Source: Candidatus Micrarchaeota archaeon (GTDB lineage Archaea; Micrarchaeota; Micrarchaeia; CAILAH01). Taken from it: a DNA stretch of 44,712 nucleotides. Every line of letters begins with the position of its first letter. The first letter of the stretch is position 1. The notes below the pieces were generated by a model. The model saw nothing but the letters and a program-made list of their open reading frames with translations, was not told where the DNA came from and made no database searches. Positions 44,711 to 44,712 of this stretch are shown piece by piece. Location: contig CAYOAB010000001.1 of NCBI GenBank assembly GCA_964401875.1, positions 1 through 44,712 of the forward strand. The letters run 5' to 3'. The position numbers and the translations under genes were made by a program.

Positions 44711-44712
44711 AC

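Overview
AT-rich, gene-dense archaeal window. I infer a small-genome DPANN-type archaeon from NAC, GatD, archaeal-type TyrRS and AlaRS, DUF357, a Dph6-like domain, a FlaI-like ATPase and many Lys/Glu/Asn-rich proteins. About 40 protein genes are mostly housekeeping: topA, nac, gatD, the nrdR-nrdD-nrdG operon, tmk, tyrS, uppP, alaS, thiI, a GGPP synthase and speE. There are also several signal-peptide surface proteins, a 1502-aa SF1 helicase next to two DUF2207 membrane paralogs, and two tRNAs. No CRISPR array, rRNA, integrase or transposase was seen. The stand-out is the non-coding stretch 405-1717. It holds one complete intron-containing tRNA-Gly(GCC), then three further copies of only that tRNA's 3' half. 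Their exon sequence is 100% identical, but each copy is interrupted at non-canonical positions (T-loop, acceptor 3' strand) by nested GC-rich hairpin modules. These modules recur in different hosts and carry compensatory stem changes. No matching 5' halves are present in cis, so this is a candidate split or multi-intron tRNA locus with a mobile mini-intron family. A related module sits at the 5' flank of tRNA-Thr. Other points of interest:
- tandem NrdR boxes in front of a bacterial-type nrdR;
- an HDAC-fold protein with degenerate catalytic residues;
- a small protein carrying a ribosomal-stalk-like C-terminal peptide;
- an AsnB-Dph6 fusion;
- a 389-bp cassette flanked by direct repeats, with a perfect palindrome abutting an 81-aa ORF.
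All family calls come from motif recognition by eye. No searches were run.
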